Shown here: positions 1 to 9,288 of the stretch, piece by piece
How positions within the stretch are numbered: the first letter of the stretch is position 1
Layout of the letters: every line of letters begins with the position of its first letter
Origin: Patescibacteria group bacterium
GTDB taxonomy: Bacteria; Patescibacteriota; Minisyncoccia; Phycocordibacterales; SIBU01
Direction: 5' to 3'
DNA length: 64,000 nucleotides
Assembly (NCBI GenBank): GCA_040390045.1
Contig: JAZJZC010000001.1
Span: 172,005-236,004 of the forward strand
Made by a program: the position numbers and the translations under genes
Notes under the pieces: generated by a model
What the model saw: the letters and a program-made list of their open reading frames with translations, nothing else
Told to the model about the DNA's origin: nothing
Database searches by the model: none

Positions 1-237
1 GAAAATCTCCTTTCAGCTCAGGATGAACGCCTCTACAAATTGACGCAAGAAAAAGGACTTGCACAAGCGCTCAAAGAAATGGGAGCTCACTTCCGCTGTG
101 CTCACTGGCGTCGACCGCCGGGCAAAGGAGATGACGGTTCAGCGTTGAAAACCGTCCACGTTAAATCCTGTTTTGTCAGACCCGACCGACTTCCTCCCGA
201 AGGATTGCCGCCCGGCACCGAAATGCAGGTAGTTTAA
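1..237 (+). CDS. Hypothetical protein, 5'-partial
   Basis: Frame is open from base 1 to TAA at 237 and is followed by a terminator hairpin; no family recognised. Confidence 0.5.
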   Translation, partial: ENLLSAQDERLYKLTQEKGLAQALKEMGAHFRCAHWRRPPGKGDDGSALKTVHVKSCFVRPDRLPPEGLPPGTEMQVV

Positions 238-253
238 ACTGAGCTCTTTTCGC

Positions 254-290
254 ACCGCTAAACGATAATTCGTTTAGCGGTTTTTATTTT
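254..290. terminator. Intrinsic terminator between convergent genes
   Basis: ACCGCTAAACGA-taat-TCGTTTAGCGGT followed by a T-tract. Confidence 0.75.
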
Positions 291-737
291 TTAAAACAAC
301 CCTTTAATTGTATTCCACGGAACAGCCACAAAAAGCGTGCCGATAAAAACGAGCCCGAGGCCTATCCCCGATTGTACCGTGATGCCTTCGAGCAAAACCA
401 CAGCGGCGAGAATGGCAGTGAACACAATTGAAAGTTTGTCGATGACTGTGACGGCTACAGTCGGGCCGGCGGCGAGCGCTTGGTAGAAAAATATCCACGA
501 CAGTGCTCCACCAACGCCTGAGAGAATAACAAAGAGCCACTGTTTCGACGAAAGTGACTGTAAGGATGTCATGGAAATTTTTCCGAAAGAAAGCGCGGCA
601 AGCGTCACGATTATTGCCATCACAATACCGCGGATGGCGGTGAGCAAATTAGCGTCAACACCTTTAAGCCCGAGTTTGGCAAAAATTGTTCCCAAACTTG
701 CCATGACAGCGCCGATGAGCGCGTAGAGAATATACAT
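291..737 (-). CDS. EamA/DMT family transporter
   Basis: About 5 TM segments; AKLGLKGVD..AIR and DKLSIVF motifs. Confidence 0.85.
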   Translation of the reverse strand: MYILYALIGAVMASLGTIFAKLGLKGVDANLLTAIRGIVMAIIVTLAALSFGKISMTSLQSLSSKQWLFVILSGVGGALSWIFFYQALAAGPTVAVTVIDKLSIVFTAILAAVVLLEGITVQSGIGLGLVFIGTLFVAVPWNTIKGLF

Positions 738-861
738 CTCTGAATCATATCACGGAAACCCTAGGGCAAACCCACTCAGAGAAATTGTTGACAAACGCTT
801 ATAGATTTGTTATAATTTTTGTCCTTAGGTTACTTCTAATTTTTGCTTAAGGAGTCACACC

Positions 862-1638
862 ATGTCTCCTACCCTTCACATTACTCGAGAGAAAAACCCG
901 AAAGCAATTTCTGTTTCGGGTATTTTTCAGTGCATTTTTTCCGGACTACTATTTTTTCAATTGGCCATTGTAATCCTTGGTTTTAATTTTTCAAAAACGT
1001 CCTTCGAACCAGCTCAAGTCTTGTTTGCTAAAACACCGGCGGAAAAAATCGTCAGTAGCGGTCTTCCTCGAATTGCGAGAGTAGATCGAAAAGAGCCTGA
1101 GGTTCCGGTAAAAATTGCCGCCAAAAAAGTAACTCTTGCCACTTCGGACATTGTTCAAAAATTACCCGCGGCACGTCTGAAAATTCCAAAGATTACCGTT
1201 GATGCTTCTATTATAGACATGGGGCTGACAGAAAATGGCGCCATGGCCGTTCCAAACAATCGCGTGAACGTCGGTTGGTTTAGTCTTGGAACCCGTCCCG
1301 GCCAAACTGGAAGTGCCGTCATCGGAGCACACAATCGCTGGAATTCACAGGATGGAGTTTTTGCTCACCTTGATCAATTGGAAATTGGTGACATCGTCTC
1401 AATCGTAGACACAAGTGGCATCTCGATTTCTTTCGTAGTTCGAGATTTTAAAATGTACGACGCGACAGATACACACACAAATGATATATTTGAATCCGAG
1501 AACGGCGCTCACTTGAACCTGATCACCTGTAGTGGCGACTGGGATCCGGCGACAAAAAGTTTTGCCAAACGTTTGATTATTTTCACCGACCTCGTTGATA
1601 CTCCGACAGCAATCGCCATGGTTCCACAAACACTGTAA
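862..1638 (+). CDS. Class F sortase
   Basis: N-terminal TM; LKIPKI..DA, PGQTGSAVIGAH and LNLITC catalytic motifs. Confidence 0.85.
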   Translation: MSPTLHITREKNPKAISVSGIFQCIFSGLLFFQLAIVILGFNFSKTSFEPAQVLFAKTPAEKIVSSGLPRIARVDRKEPEVPVKIAAKKVTLATSDIVQKLPAARLKIPKITVDASIIDMGLTENGAMAVPNNRVNVGWFSLGTRPGQTGSAVIGAHNRWNSQDGVFAHLDQLEIGDIVSIVDTSGISISFVVRDFKMYDATDTHTNDIFESENGAHLNLITCSGDWDPATKSFAKRLIIFTDLVDTPTAIAMVPQTL

Positions 1639-1662
1639 TCTTTTTCTACTTAACCGGCATAT

Positions 1663-2463
1663 ATGCTGATGAATCTAAAAAAACTACATTCAAACAAGCC
1701 CTTTTTCTACGGAAGTCTTGGCGTGGCAATTCTTTTGCTTATTGTTGCAGGGTTTTACATTCAAAAATTAATCACCTATTACGCAAATTCAACCGAGTAC
1801 TTTGAAGTGCAAAACAGTTGCAATTTCGAATTCGTGGGAGATTGCGTCAACGTGCGATCTGGACCTGGAGAAAAATATTCTATTGTCACTCGCCTGCGCA
1901 ATGGTGTGGTTCTCGAAGTTGCTGACAGAGTACAGCAAGATGGGCGTACCTGGTACAAAATTGGTTTCGGCCAAGAATTGATATATCCCGAGCGCGTCTC
2001 GGGTGGCTGGTATGTGGCGGCTGATCTTGTTCGTACATTTAGAAATGAAGGAGATGTCTTAATCAAAAAAGGAGAAGTTGCTACAACCAAGAAACGCATT
2101 GTGGTAGATCTTTCAGAAGAAAAACTTTTCGCCTACGACGGTGATCAGTTGTTTATGGAAGAATCAATTTCAACCGGACTTGATCTGACACCTACCGACC
2201 TCGGCACGTTCCAAATTTTCAAAATGACCCCAAGCCGATTTATGCAAGGACCAATTCCAGGTGTGAGCGATCAGGTCTACGACCTACCCGGAGTGCCTTG
2301 GGATTTATATTTTACGGGAAGTGGCGCGGCCATTCACGGCGCCTATTGGCACAACCATTTTGGAGAACAGTGGTCTCATGGCTGTGTTAATCTTCCCGTT
2401 GAAAGCGCCAAAAAGCTCTATTCTTGGGCCGAAATTGGGACAAAGGTTATTGTCCAAAATTAG
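1663..2463 (+). CDS. L,D-transpeptidase (YkuD) with SH3-like domain
   Basis: VNVRSGPG SH3b motif; IHGAYWH..SHGCVN catalytic motif. Confidence 0.9.
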   Translation: MLMNLKKLHSNKPFFYGSLGVAILLLIVAGFYIQKLITYYANSTEYFEVQNSCNFEFVGDCVNVRSGPGEKYSIVTRLRNGVVLEVADRVQQDGRTWYKIGFGQELIYPERVSGGWYVAADLVRTFRNEGDVLIKKGEVATTKKRIVVDLSEEKLFAYDGDQLFMEESISTGLDLTPTDLGTFQIFKMTPSRFMQGPIPGVSDQVYDLPGVPWDLYFTGSGAAIHGAYWHNHFGEQWSHGCVNLPVESAKKLYSWAEIGTKVIVQN

Positions 2464-2515
2464 ACCACAAAAAAGCCTTGCTAACTAGGTCTCTATCTGA
2501 GATGCTGGATAGGTT

Positions 2516-3166
2516 ATGTTCGTTGCAGTACCCCCAAATATTTTTCAAAATACTCCAGTTTCCACAGCACAGATTGAAACTGTGTTGCCCGAAGTGTATA
2601 AAAATTTTTCCCTCGCCGCTTCAACCTCAACTATTCCGGTAGTCCCCTTCTTTTCACAATTTAAAGATATTGCTTCTCCGACCTGGCAAAAAGTGGGTTG
2701 TGGTGTTGCGAGCTTGGCAATGGTAATTAATTATTTCGAACTAGATTCTGTATCGGTTACAACACTACTCAATCGAGGTATCGCCTCCGGCGCCTATCTG
2801 AAAAACGCCGGTTGGATTCACCAGGGTTTGATTGACCTATCGAAAAAATATGAGCTTGATGGAAAATCCTTCGACCTTTCAAAATTAGATTCGAAGGCTG
2901 CGCTTGCCGCATTTGAGAAAAATCTAAAAGATGGCCCCGTCATCGCGTCTGTCCATTACAAATTTGAACCGACCAATCCCATTCCACATCTTGTAGTAAT
3001 TAACGCTATTGAAAATGGCATCGTCTACTACAACGACCCCGCCGCCAAAACTGGCGGAAAAACTATTTCCACTACAGATTTTCTCAAAAGCTGGAAAAAG
3101 AAATTCATCGCTATCAGACCAGTGCAACAAGTTGCAAAAGCAACGTCATTGACTCTGCATATCTAA
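2516..3166 (+). CDS. C39-like cysteine peptidase
   Basis: VPFFSQ..GCGVASLAMV, HLVVI and YYNDP motifs. Confidence 0.8.
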   Translation: MFVAVPPNIFQNTPVSTAQIETVLPEVYKNFSLAASTSTIPVVPFFSQFKDIASPTWQKVGCGVASLAMVINYFELDSVSVTTLLNRGIASGAYLKNAGWIHQGLIDLSKKYELDGKSFDLSKLDSKAALAAFEKNLKDGPVIASVHYKFEPTNPIPHLVVINAIENGIVYYNDPAAKTGGKTISTTDFLKSWKKKFIAIRPVQQVAKATSLTLHI

Positions 3167-3184
3167 ATTTCGCCGTTTTGCAAT

Positions 3185-5056
3185 TTATCCGTGCAACCCG
3201 ATCTGCAACTCGAAAAGCCTCCGATATTCTCCGCCAGAAATTTTCAAAAGTTCGTCGTGATTGCCGTTTTCAATCAGTTTCCCCTCTTTGAAAACTAAAA
3301 TCTTGTTGGCTTTTCGTACAGTACTCAAGCGATGCGCGATGATAAACGTAGTTTTGTCTTTCATCAAGACATCGAGTGAGTCGGTAATAATTTTCTCAGA
3401 CCCCGCATCAAGCGCGGCGGTTGGCTCATCGAGGATTAAAATTCGAGGATTACGCAAGATGGCGCGAGCGATGGCCACACGCTGTTTCTGACCAACAGAT
3501 AATTTAATTCCCCGCTGTCCCACCATCTGATTCCACTTGTCCGGAAATTTCTGAATGAAATCAAGGGCATGAGCTCGCTTGGCGGCGGCTTCCATCTGCT
3601 CGTTTGTCGCGTGGAAATTGCCGTACTTAATATTAGTTTTGATCGTATCGTTAAATAAAACAACTTCCTGCGGCACAACCGCGATTTGCGAACGATACGA
3701 ATACAGATCGACAGCGTCAATCGATACACCGTCGATTGTGACTTTTCCCTCTGTAGGAAAATGATACGCAGACATGAGATCAATCAAGGTGCTTTTGCCG
3801 ACACCCGACTCTCCGACGAGCGCAATCACCTCACCTGCTTGTACTTTGAAAGAAATGTCCGTGAGTACCGGTTTGCCATTTTCATACTGAAATGAGACGT
3901 GATCAAAAACAATATCTCCACGAACCGCGAACGGCTTTGATCCCGCCGGGTGATAATTTTCTGTCGGCAGGGCTAAAATCTTTTCCGTTTCTTGAATATT
4001 GATAACGCCGTTGTGAATTGTCTGCCAATTGCGCGCAAGTGTCATGAACGGCCCGAAGATCATGGCGGCGTAGGCGTTAAAGGCCAACAGTTCTCCGATC
4101 GTCATCGTGCCTTGGTGGATGTAGTAGATTGAAAAAAGAAAAATTAAAATTTGAGTGATAAGAATAATAACGCGCTGATACAAATTGAGTCCGCTCCATG
4201 CTTTTGTCAGCCGCATCCACAATGGAAGTGCCACCCGTGCGTTCTCGGCCATTTTGTTTTTTTCATATTCCTCGGCCGTCGCTTGTTTGATCGCCATGGT
4301 GTTATCGATCATTTCATAGGCATCGCCCCAAATGACATTGAATACTTTGTCATAATATTCTTTTTGATACTGACTCAAGGGTTGCACTTTTTTAGCAATA
4401 ATAGCGGCGTAGAGCATGAGTCCCACCAAAAGAAACGCGGCCAAAACTGGTTTCAAAATAAAACCAATCACAAGCGCGATCACAATACTCAAAAGTTGCG
4501 GCGCCAAATCAATCACTACTCGGCCGGCAATAGTCTCGAGCGATCCGGCCGCATTATTTATTTTATTTCCAATCTCGCCAATTTTGTTGGTCTTATGAAA
4601 ACTCATCGGTAAATTAACCAGGAAACTAAAACCTTTGGCCATGTAGTCGAGCCAAATATAATTGGAAAGATATTCACTCTTGATTTGAATTCGCCAGTCT
4701 ATCGTTGAGGTAATCAATTGAACAGTCGCCCAAAGAATAAGAAGCGCAACGTAGAGCGGTAAAACAGCGCCAGAAATAGTTACCACACCGGGCGTGATGA
4801 TCGCGTCAAAAAATCGACCAGCAATGTATGGCACAATACCGTTGCCGATTGCGGATAAAATACCGATGATACTGAGGATAATGATATCTTTGCGATAACT
4901 GGCGAGATATTTGAAAAGTACTTTAAATCCTGTGTACAGACTCTGTGCGGTAATTTTATCCTGTGGTTCTTTTGATTCTTCTTTTTTTTCAGATTCAGTC
5001 TCGGACTCTTTTGGCTCAACCACCACCTCTTCAGTTGTAGTATTTTGATTTTCCAT
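3185..5056 (-). CDS. ABC transporter, fused permease/ATPase (MsbA-like exporter)
   Basis: 6-TM domain; Walker A GESGVGKS, LSVGQKQR signature, ILDE Walker B. Confidence 0.92.
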   Translation of the reverse strand: MENQNTTTEEVVVEPKESETESEKKEESKEPQDKITAQSLYTGFKVLFKYLASYRKDIIILSIIGILSAIGNGIVPYIAGRFFDAIITPGVVTISGAVLPLYVALLILWATVQLITSTIDWRIQIKSEYLSNYIWLDYMAKGFSFLVNLPMSFHKTNKIGEIGNKINNAAGSLETIAGRVVIDLAPQLLSIVIALVIGFILKPVLAAFLLVGLMLYAAIIAKKVQPLSQYQKEYYDKVFNVIWGDAYEMIDNTMAIKQATAEEYEKNKMAENARVALPLWMRLTKAWSGLNLYQRVIILITQILIFLFSIYYIHQGTMTIGELLAFNAYAAMIFGPFMTLARNWQTIHNGVINIQETEKILALPTENYHPAGSKPFAVRGDIVFDHVSFQYENGKPVLTDISFKVQAGEVIALVGESGVGKSTLIDLMSAYHFPTEGKVTIDGVSIDAVDLYSYRSQIAVVPQEVVLFNDTIKTNIKYGNFHATNEQMEAAAKRAHALDFIQKFPDKWNQMVGQRGIKLSVGQKQRVAIARAILRNPRILILDEPTAALDAGSEKIITDSLDVLMKDKTTFIIAHRLSTVRKANKILVFKEGKLIENGNHDELLKISGGEYRRLFELQIGLHG

Positions 5057-5124
5057 GCAAACAATATATCGCAGATTGGCTTGAAATGAAAACTTTTTCT
5101 CGGATCGTGTTTTTTAAAAAATAC

Positions 5125-5168
5125 TTTCGGCTTAATTTAGAGACCATGGTCTCTAAATTAAGCCGAAA
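5125..5168. repeat. Perfect 44-bp palindrome; related copy at 50192-50223
   Basis: TTTCGGCTTAATTTAGAGACCATGGTCTCTAAATTAAGCCGAAA is its own reverse complement. Confidence 0.9.
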
Positions 5169-5212
5169 TAAAAAACTCCCGCGTGTAAACGGGAGTGTGA
5201 CTTCCAAAAATG

Positions 5213-5878
5213 TTAGCGGATAGCTTCCAGCAGTCTTCGGGCGTCATGGACATGCCCGAGAAGAACCGGATCCTGCGTATGCGTTTGAATCTCCTCAAGG
5301 GTTGCCCGCACCCAGTCGCGGCCCCTGAACGAGCGTGTACGTCTCGATCTTTCGACAAGATAGGTCGCCACTTCGTCAATCGACACCTCAAACAACTCAG
5401 GGCCGGACTGGCCGACGCAAAGCTTCCTGAGACTTCGGTCTGGCCCCGCGAGAAATAGATTCTGATTTCTCCTCAATGCCCATGCCTCCAACTTTCTCGG
5501 TTGCTGGCGGGGGTGTCGGGTGTCACCTCGATCCGTGCCATGCCGCCAAAGTGGCTCATCGTTGTGGTTCTCCCCTCCCGGCCAAAAATAAATTTTTGTG
5601 GAAGAAACGAAGGGTTCCCCAAACCTGAGCTCATTGGTGTCGAAGGCCACGATGTAGCCATCAAACCGTTCCCGGCAATCGAGGGCAAGCTCACCTCTTC
5701 CGATTCCGGCAGACAAGATAAACCCGTCTTGAACGCTTGCTGGATGAAACCCAACAGCCAACTCAATGTGGCTTTGAAACTGAGGATTGATGGCGATAAA
5801 GCATCCATCATCTCTGAGTTCGAACGGAATTCCGGGAAAGAGTTGCCCACAAGCGATCCGGTAACAATTGCTATTCAT
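5213..5878 (-). CDS. Hypothetical protein
   Basis: Long ORF; ATG at 5878 chosen as start; no family recognised. Confidence 0.5.
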   Translation of the reverse strand: MNSNCYRIACGQLFPGIPFELRDDGCFIAINPQFQSHIELAVGFHPASVQDGFILSAGIGRGELALDCRERFDGYIVAFDTNELRFGEPFVSSTKIYFWPGGENHNDEPLWRHGTDRGDTRHPRQQPRKLEAWALRRNQNLFLAGPDRSLRKLCVGQSGPELFEVSIDEVATYLVERSRRTRSFRGRDWVRATLEEIQTHTQDPVLLGHVHDARRLLEAIR

Positions 5879-5990
5879 AAAAATAAGACAGAACAAACTA
5901 GGTCGCAGAATACTGGATTGACAAGGGTTTGTCAATATTTCCTAGAACGAAAAAATTCACAGGTGACCTCTCGGTTGCTATACTTTCCAA

Positions 5991-6499
5991 ATGCTAAAAG
6001 CCGTCATTTTTGATCTCAATGGAATTCTCATTCAAAGCCCAAAATTGAGCGAACGGTTTGAAAAAGATTTCGGAATTCCTGTTGCTACATTTCTGCCGAA
6101 ACTTTCAGAAAATATGGAAAAAACCCGACAACCAGAAGCGGGCGGAAGTTTTCAATACTGGAAGCCTGTGTTGCAAGAATGGAAAATCAATTTGTCGGAA
6201 CAAGAATTTTGGGACTATTGGTAAAAGAGCCAGTTCACAATCTAACCGCAACGGTAAGTGCGAAACAGAGCTTGCCTGCTAAAACTTCAAAATTTCGGCT
6301 GCAAATCACCCACTTCTCGTCAACGTATCTCGATATGTTTCCTCGAATTGTCTGATTTTCGCACGAAATTTTGAAGTTTTATCTAGGCATTAGATTGTTC
6401 ACTGGCTCTTAGGCTGAAACCGTCTCAAAAACGATGATTGATTTTTGTAAAGAACTGCGTGCGAAATTTCTTACCAATGAAAAATCCCCGCGAAAATGA
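5991..6499 (+). pseudogene. HAD-family hydrolase disrupted by a hairpin insertion and truncated
   Basis: Starts with the KAVIFDLNG HAD motif I and stops at 6224 at the insertion edge; HAD-like sequence resumes after 6410 (AETVSKTMIDFCKELRAK) and then ends without motifs II-IV. Confidence 0.7.
6225..6410. mobile_element. MITE-like non-autonomous hairpin element
   Basis: 20-bp terminal inverted repeats (18/20 match) and an internal perfect 18-bp inverted repeat TAAAACTTCAAAATTTCG; no transposase. Confidence 0.7.
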
Positions 6500-6526
6500 T
6501 GTCGCGAGGATACGAAACGCAGAAGC

Positions 6527-6898
6527 TTAAAAAAGCATCTTCGGCAGAGGTTTGAAACCAAGATCTCGATAGATAGCGAAATACGCGCTGGTGTTGTTCA
6601 TGCCCAAAGTTTGGGTCTGTCCATCTACGTCGACAGAAGTTGTGTCATCGGGATCGCCGACACGATCGGGGTTTGCCCGCCACGTTGCTTCCCGCTCCTT
6701 GAAAAGAGTCATGATTTGGGGAAACGTCGGTCGCTTCTCTGGTTTGAAAAGCGCTGAGCGCTCGAAAATTCGGACCGCCGCGACGCGCCCATCTGAAACA
6801 AACGGGATCAAAAAGACAACGATTTGCAGAACCTCCTGCGGGGTGTATTTGCGACTAAGATCCTCAATCAGGATTGAACTAAATGCTTGTGTGTTCAT
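6527..6898 (-). CDS. Hypothetical protein
   Basis: ORF with a downstream hairpin; no family recognised. Confidence 0.5.
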   Translation of the reverse strand: MNTQAFSSILIEDLSRKYTPQEVLQIVVFLIPFVSDGRVAAVRIFERSALFKPEKRPTFPQIMTLFKEREATWRANPDRVGDPDDTTSVDVDGQTQTLGMNNTSAYFAIYRDLGFKPLPKMLF

Positions 6899-7005
6899 GT
6901 TTTTTGGGAATGTGCCTAGCAAAAACTTCTACATATGAATATATCAGTATTGTCTTTTTTGTAAACCTTGTTGAGAACCCATCAAAATGAGATACTGTTA
7001 TTACA

Positions 7006-7263
7006 ATGCCTCAGAAAAAATCCACCGCAAAATCAAATATCGTATATCACAAAGACGGTAGTATCTGGGCCAAGGGCAAAATGGTTAACGGAGTTTCTGA
7101 TGGGTATTGGAAATGGTTTCGAAAACCCACCAAAACGGGCGGTGCAATCGGCATGATCATGCGTTCTGGTCATTTCAAAAAAGGGAAACAGGTTGGCGAG
7201 TGGATTACGTATGACAAGGCGGGAAAAATTTACAAAGTTACTACTATCAAAATCACAAAGTAA
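7006..7263 (+). CDS. Small MORN-variant/YwqK-like repeat protein
   Basis: YHKDGSIWAKG..GYWKWF..G.F..GKQVGEWITY pattern. Confidence 0.7.
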   Translation: MPQKKSTAKSNIVYHKDGSIWAKGKMVNGVSDGYWKWFRKPTKTGGAIGMIMRSGHFKKGKQVGEWITYDKAGKIYKVTTIKITK

Positions 7264-7268
7264 CTAAA

Positions 7269-7775
7269 ATGGAAAACGAAATTTTATTTGCCGAGACTCA
7301 AAAGTTTAAACAGTGGTGGCTGTGGATTTTACTTGCGGGTATTCCGGTACTGTTCTTTTTTGGCGCGTATGCGCAAATAGGATTAGGAATACAACTGAGC
7401 GACAAACCGATGACTGATACTAAAATTATACTGGCTTCTCTGTTTTGTCTCCTGCCTCTCGTGTTGTTTTATAGTTTCAAACTTGAAACCGAAATTAAAC
7501 TCGATGGTTTGTATGTTCGCTTCTTCCCGCTTCACATCACTTTTCGAAAATACGCCTGGCCAAAAATGACCAAATGTTTCGTCCGACAATACAAACCCGT
7601 TCGCGAGTACGGTGGCTGGGGTTTGCGTGGGCTTGGTAAAAAACGAGCGCTCAGTGTTTCGGGCGATCAGGGGTTACAACTCGAATTTGTAAGCGGCAAC
7701 ACACTACTCATTGGAACGGCTAAGCCCGCGGAACTGACAGAGGTACTCAAAAAAATAGGAAAGCTAAAACAGTAG
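7269..7775 (+). CDS. DUF6141-like membrane protein
   Basis: F.ETQKFKQWWLW and YKPVREYGGWG motifs; 2 TM. Confidence 0.7.
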   Translation: MENEILFAETQKFKQWWLWILLAGIPVLFFFGAYAQIGLGIQLSDKPMTDTKIILASLFCLLPLVLFYSFKLETEIKLDGLYVRFFPLHITFRKYAWPKMTKCFVRQYKPVREYGGWGLRGLGKKRALSVSGDQGLQLEFVSGNTLLIGTAKPAELTEVLKKIGKLKQ

Positions 7776-7811
7776 AGCGGTATTTACTAAATTTGTGCTA
7801 CAATTTAAACA

Positions 7812-8090
7812 ATGGAAACCTTAATGAAAGCTGATATTTTCTTTTTTATCACAGGGATAGCTGTAATAGTTTTAGCCCTTCTTACGGCTATACTTATGTA
7901 CTACTTAATAAAGGCGGCGAAGAATCTGTATTCTTTGACCGAAACTATTAAAAATGGAGTTAAAGAATCTGAAGAGTTTATTATGGACATCAAGGATCGT
8001 TTTGACAGCAACATGATTTTGAGAATGTTCTTCCCTGCTTCGCGCAGAAAAAAGCGAGCAACCGTAAAAGAAGCCGAAGTTAAAAGCTAA
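7812..8090 (+). CDS. Hypothetical single-TM protein
   Basis: ADIFFFIT TM segment followed by a coiled coil. Confidence 0.7.
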   Translation: METLMKADIFFFITGIAVIVLALLTAILMYYLIKAAKNLYSLTETIKNGVKESEEFIMDIKDRFDSNMILRMFFPASRRKKRATVKEAEVKS

Positions 8091-8101
8091 TCTTAAAAAA
8101 T

Positions 8102-8494
8102 ATGCAAAAGAAAAAAGTAGAAGAAGGATCGGGTGCAATGAAATTAGGAATGATTGGCGTGGGTTTGGCCGGCCTTGCCGCTACCGCCTATTTTTTCCTC
8201 AGCCCAAAAGCTAAACAGCATCAGAAACATGCTAAGGCTTGGGCGATCAAAATGAAAGGCGATGTTATTGAAAAACTTGAACAAGCAAAAGAAGTCAGCG
8301 AACCAGTCTACCGTGAAATTATCGATTCAGTTTCCAAAGATTATGAAAAAGGCATGAAAGCCACGAAGGAAGAAATTGCTGAATTGGCTGAGGATTTGAA
8401 AAAGCATTGGAATACTATCAGTGCCACGGCTATGAAAGCCAAAAAAGAAGTGGTGAAGGGTGCGGGACGAGTGGCAAAAAAGGCGGGGCTTTAG
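8102..8494 (+). CDS. YtxH-like membrane-anchored protein
   Basis: Gly/Ala-rich TM (GLAGLAATAYFF.SP) followed by a charged helical region. Confidence 0.65.
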   Translation: MQKKKVEEGSGAMKLGMIGVGLAGLAATAYFFLSPKAKQHQKHAKAWAIKMKGDVIEKLEQAKEVSEPVYREIIDSVSKDYEKGMKATKEEIAELAEDLKKHWNTISATAMKAKKEVVKGAGRVAKKAGL

Positions 8495-8547
8495 TCCCGA
8501 CGCGAAGACGGTCGGGATCCCGAACTCCGAGTACGGAGCATCGGGAT
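8495..8547. repeat. REP-like tandem double hairpin (TCCCGA...TCGGGA)
   Basis: TCCCGAC..GTCGGGA followed by ATCCCGA..TCGGGAT. Confidence 0.6.
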
Positions 8548-8567
8548 TTTAAAAATAAAAAAGAGGT

Positions 8568-9155
8568 TCACGCGTGAACCTCTTGCGGCGAATTATTCTT
8601 AGGCTTAGTCACTCTGTCTGACCGACTAATGGAGATGCGCCGACCTCTTGGCGGCGGTTCGGGTGCATCTTCGGACAAGTTGATGCCGAGAAAGCGCGCA
8701 AGACTTGCTCTAGCACTTGAAACCTCAGGGAAACTCTTGTACCACGCTCTCCACTGCGCATCCGTGGCTTTGCTGTAGATTAGAGTGCCTAGCGGTCCTC
8801 GGTTGATCCCTACCTTGAAGACGAGATCTCGCCACTGCTCTGGCTCAAGTGGCAAAGCGCCAATGTGAGCAAGTGTGAAAGCTGTCCGTTTGGTAGTCGG
8901 TGCCCGAAAGTGCAACTTAGCCCAATGCGCAGGCGTAGTGGCTAAGGACACGGCCTTGCTCCACAAGAGAAGCTCGAGCCTTCTCTGGCCACAAAGCTCG
9001 TCGATGAGATCGAGGCACCGATCGAATGTACCCGCAGACAGAACCATCTTGCGAACCTGTGCCCGACTGAACTGCGTTTGCCGACCGGCAGGATTCACTC
9101 TTGCCCGCTTCTGCTCCGGTGACTTATCGAAAACTGAATCAAATGGAATTGCCAT
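8568..9155 (-). CDS. Hypothetical protein
   Basis: ORF of about 195 aa; no family recognised. Confidence 0.55.
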   Translation of the reverse strand: MAIPFDSVFDKSPEQKRARVNPAGRQTQFSRAQVRKMVLSAGTFDRCLDLIDELCGQRRLELLLWSKAVSLATTPAHWAKLHFRAPTTKRTAFTLAHIGALPLEPEQWRDLVFKVGINRGPLGTLIYSKATDAQWRAWYKSFPEVSSARASLARFLGINLSEDAPEPPPRGRRISISRSDRVTKPKNNSPQEVHA

Positions 9156-9217
9156 GACTTTTTCCTCCAACGTTTCTTAATTGATACTATAATTATCGAA
9201 AGCTATTGTAAAGCAAG

Positions 9218-9258
9218 AAAAAATGCCCCGTTCGCTCTGCGAACGGGGCATTTTTTTT
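9218..9258. terminator. Bidirectional-type intrinsic terminator
   Basis: AAAAAATGCCCCGTTCGC-tct-GCGAACGGGGCATTTTTT. Confidence 0.8.
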
Positions 9259-9288
9259 AACTAAACTCTAGTCAGACTTCACTTCAAA

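Noticed and set aside
760-790. c-di-GMP-I riboswitch (GGGCAAACC)
   Set aside because: The downstream GACGCAAAGC element and pairing are absent
847-858. 12-bp match to the arm of the 20228 palindrome
   Set aside because: Explained as a Shine-Dalgarno (AGGAG) before the sortase ATG; no second arm
5501-6013. Antisense ORFs of 60-180 aa throughout the ORF track
   Set aside because: Shadows of better-supported genes on the opposite strand; for this particular locus the coding strand remains somewhat uncertain
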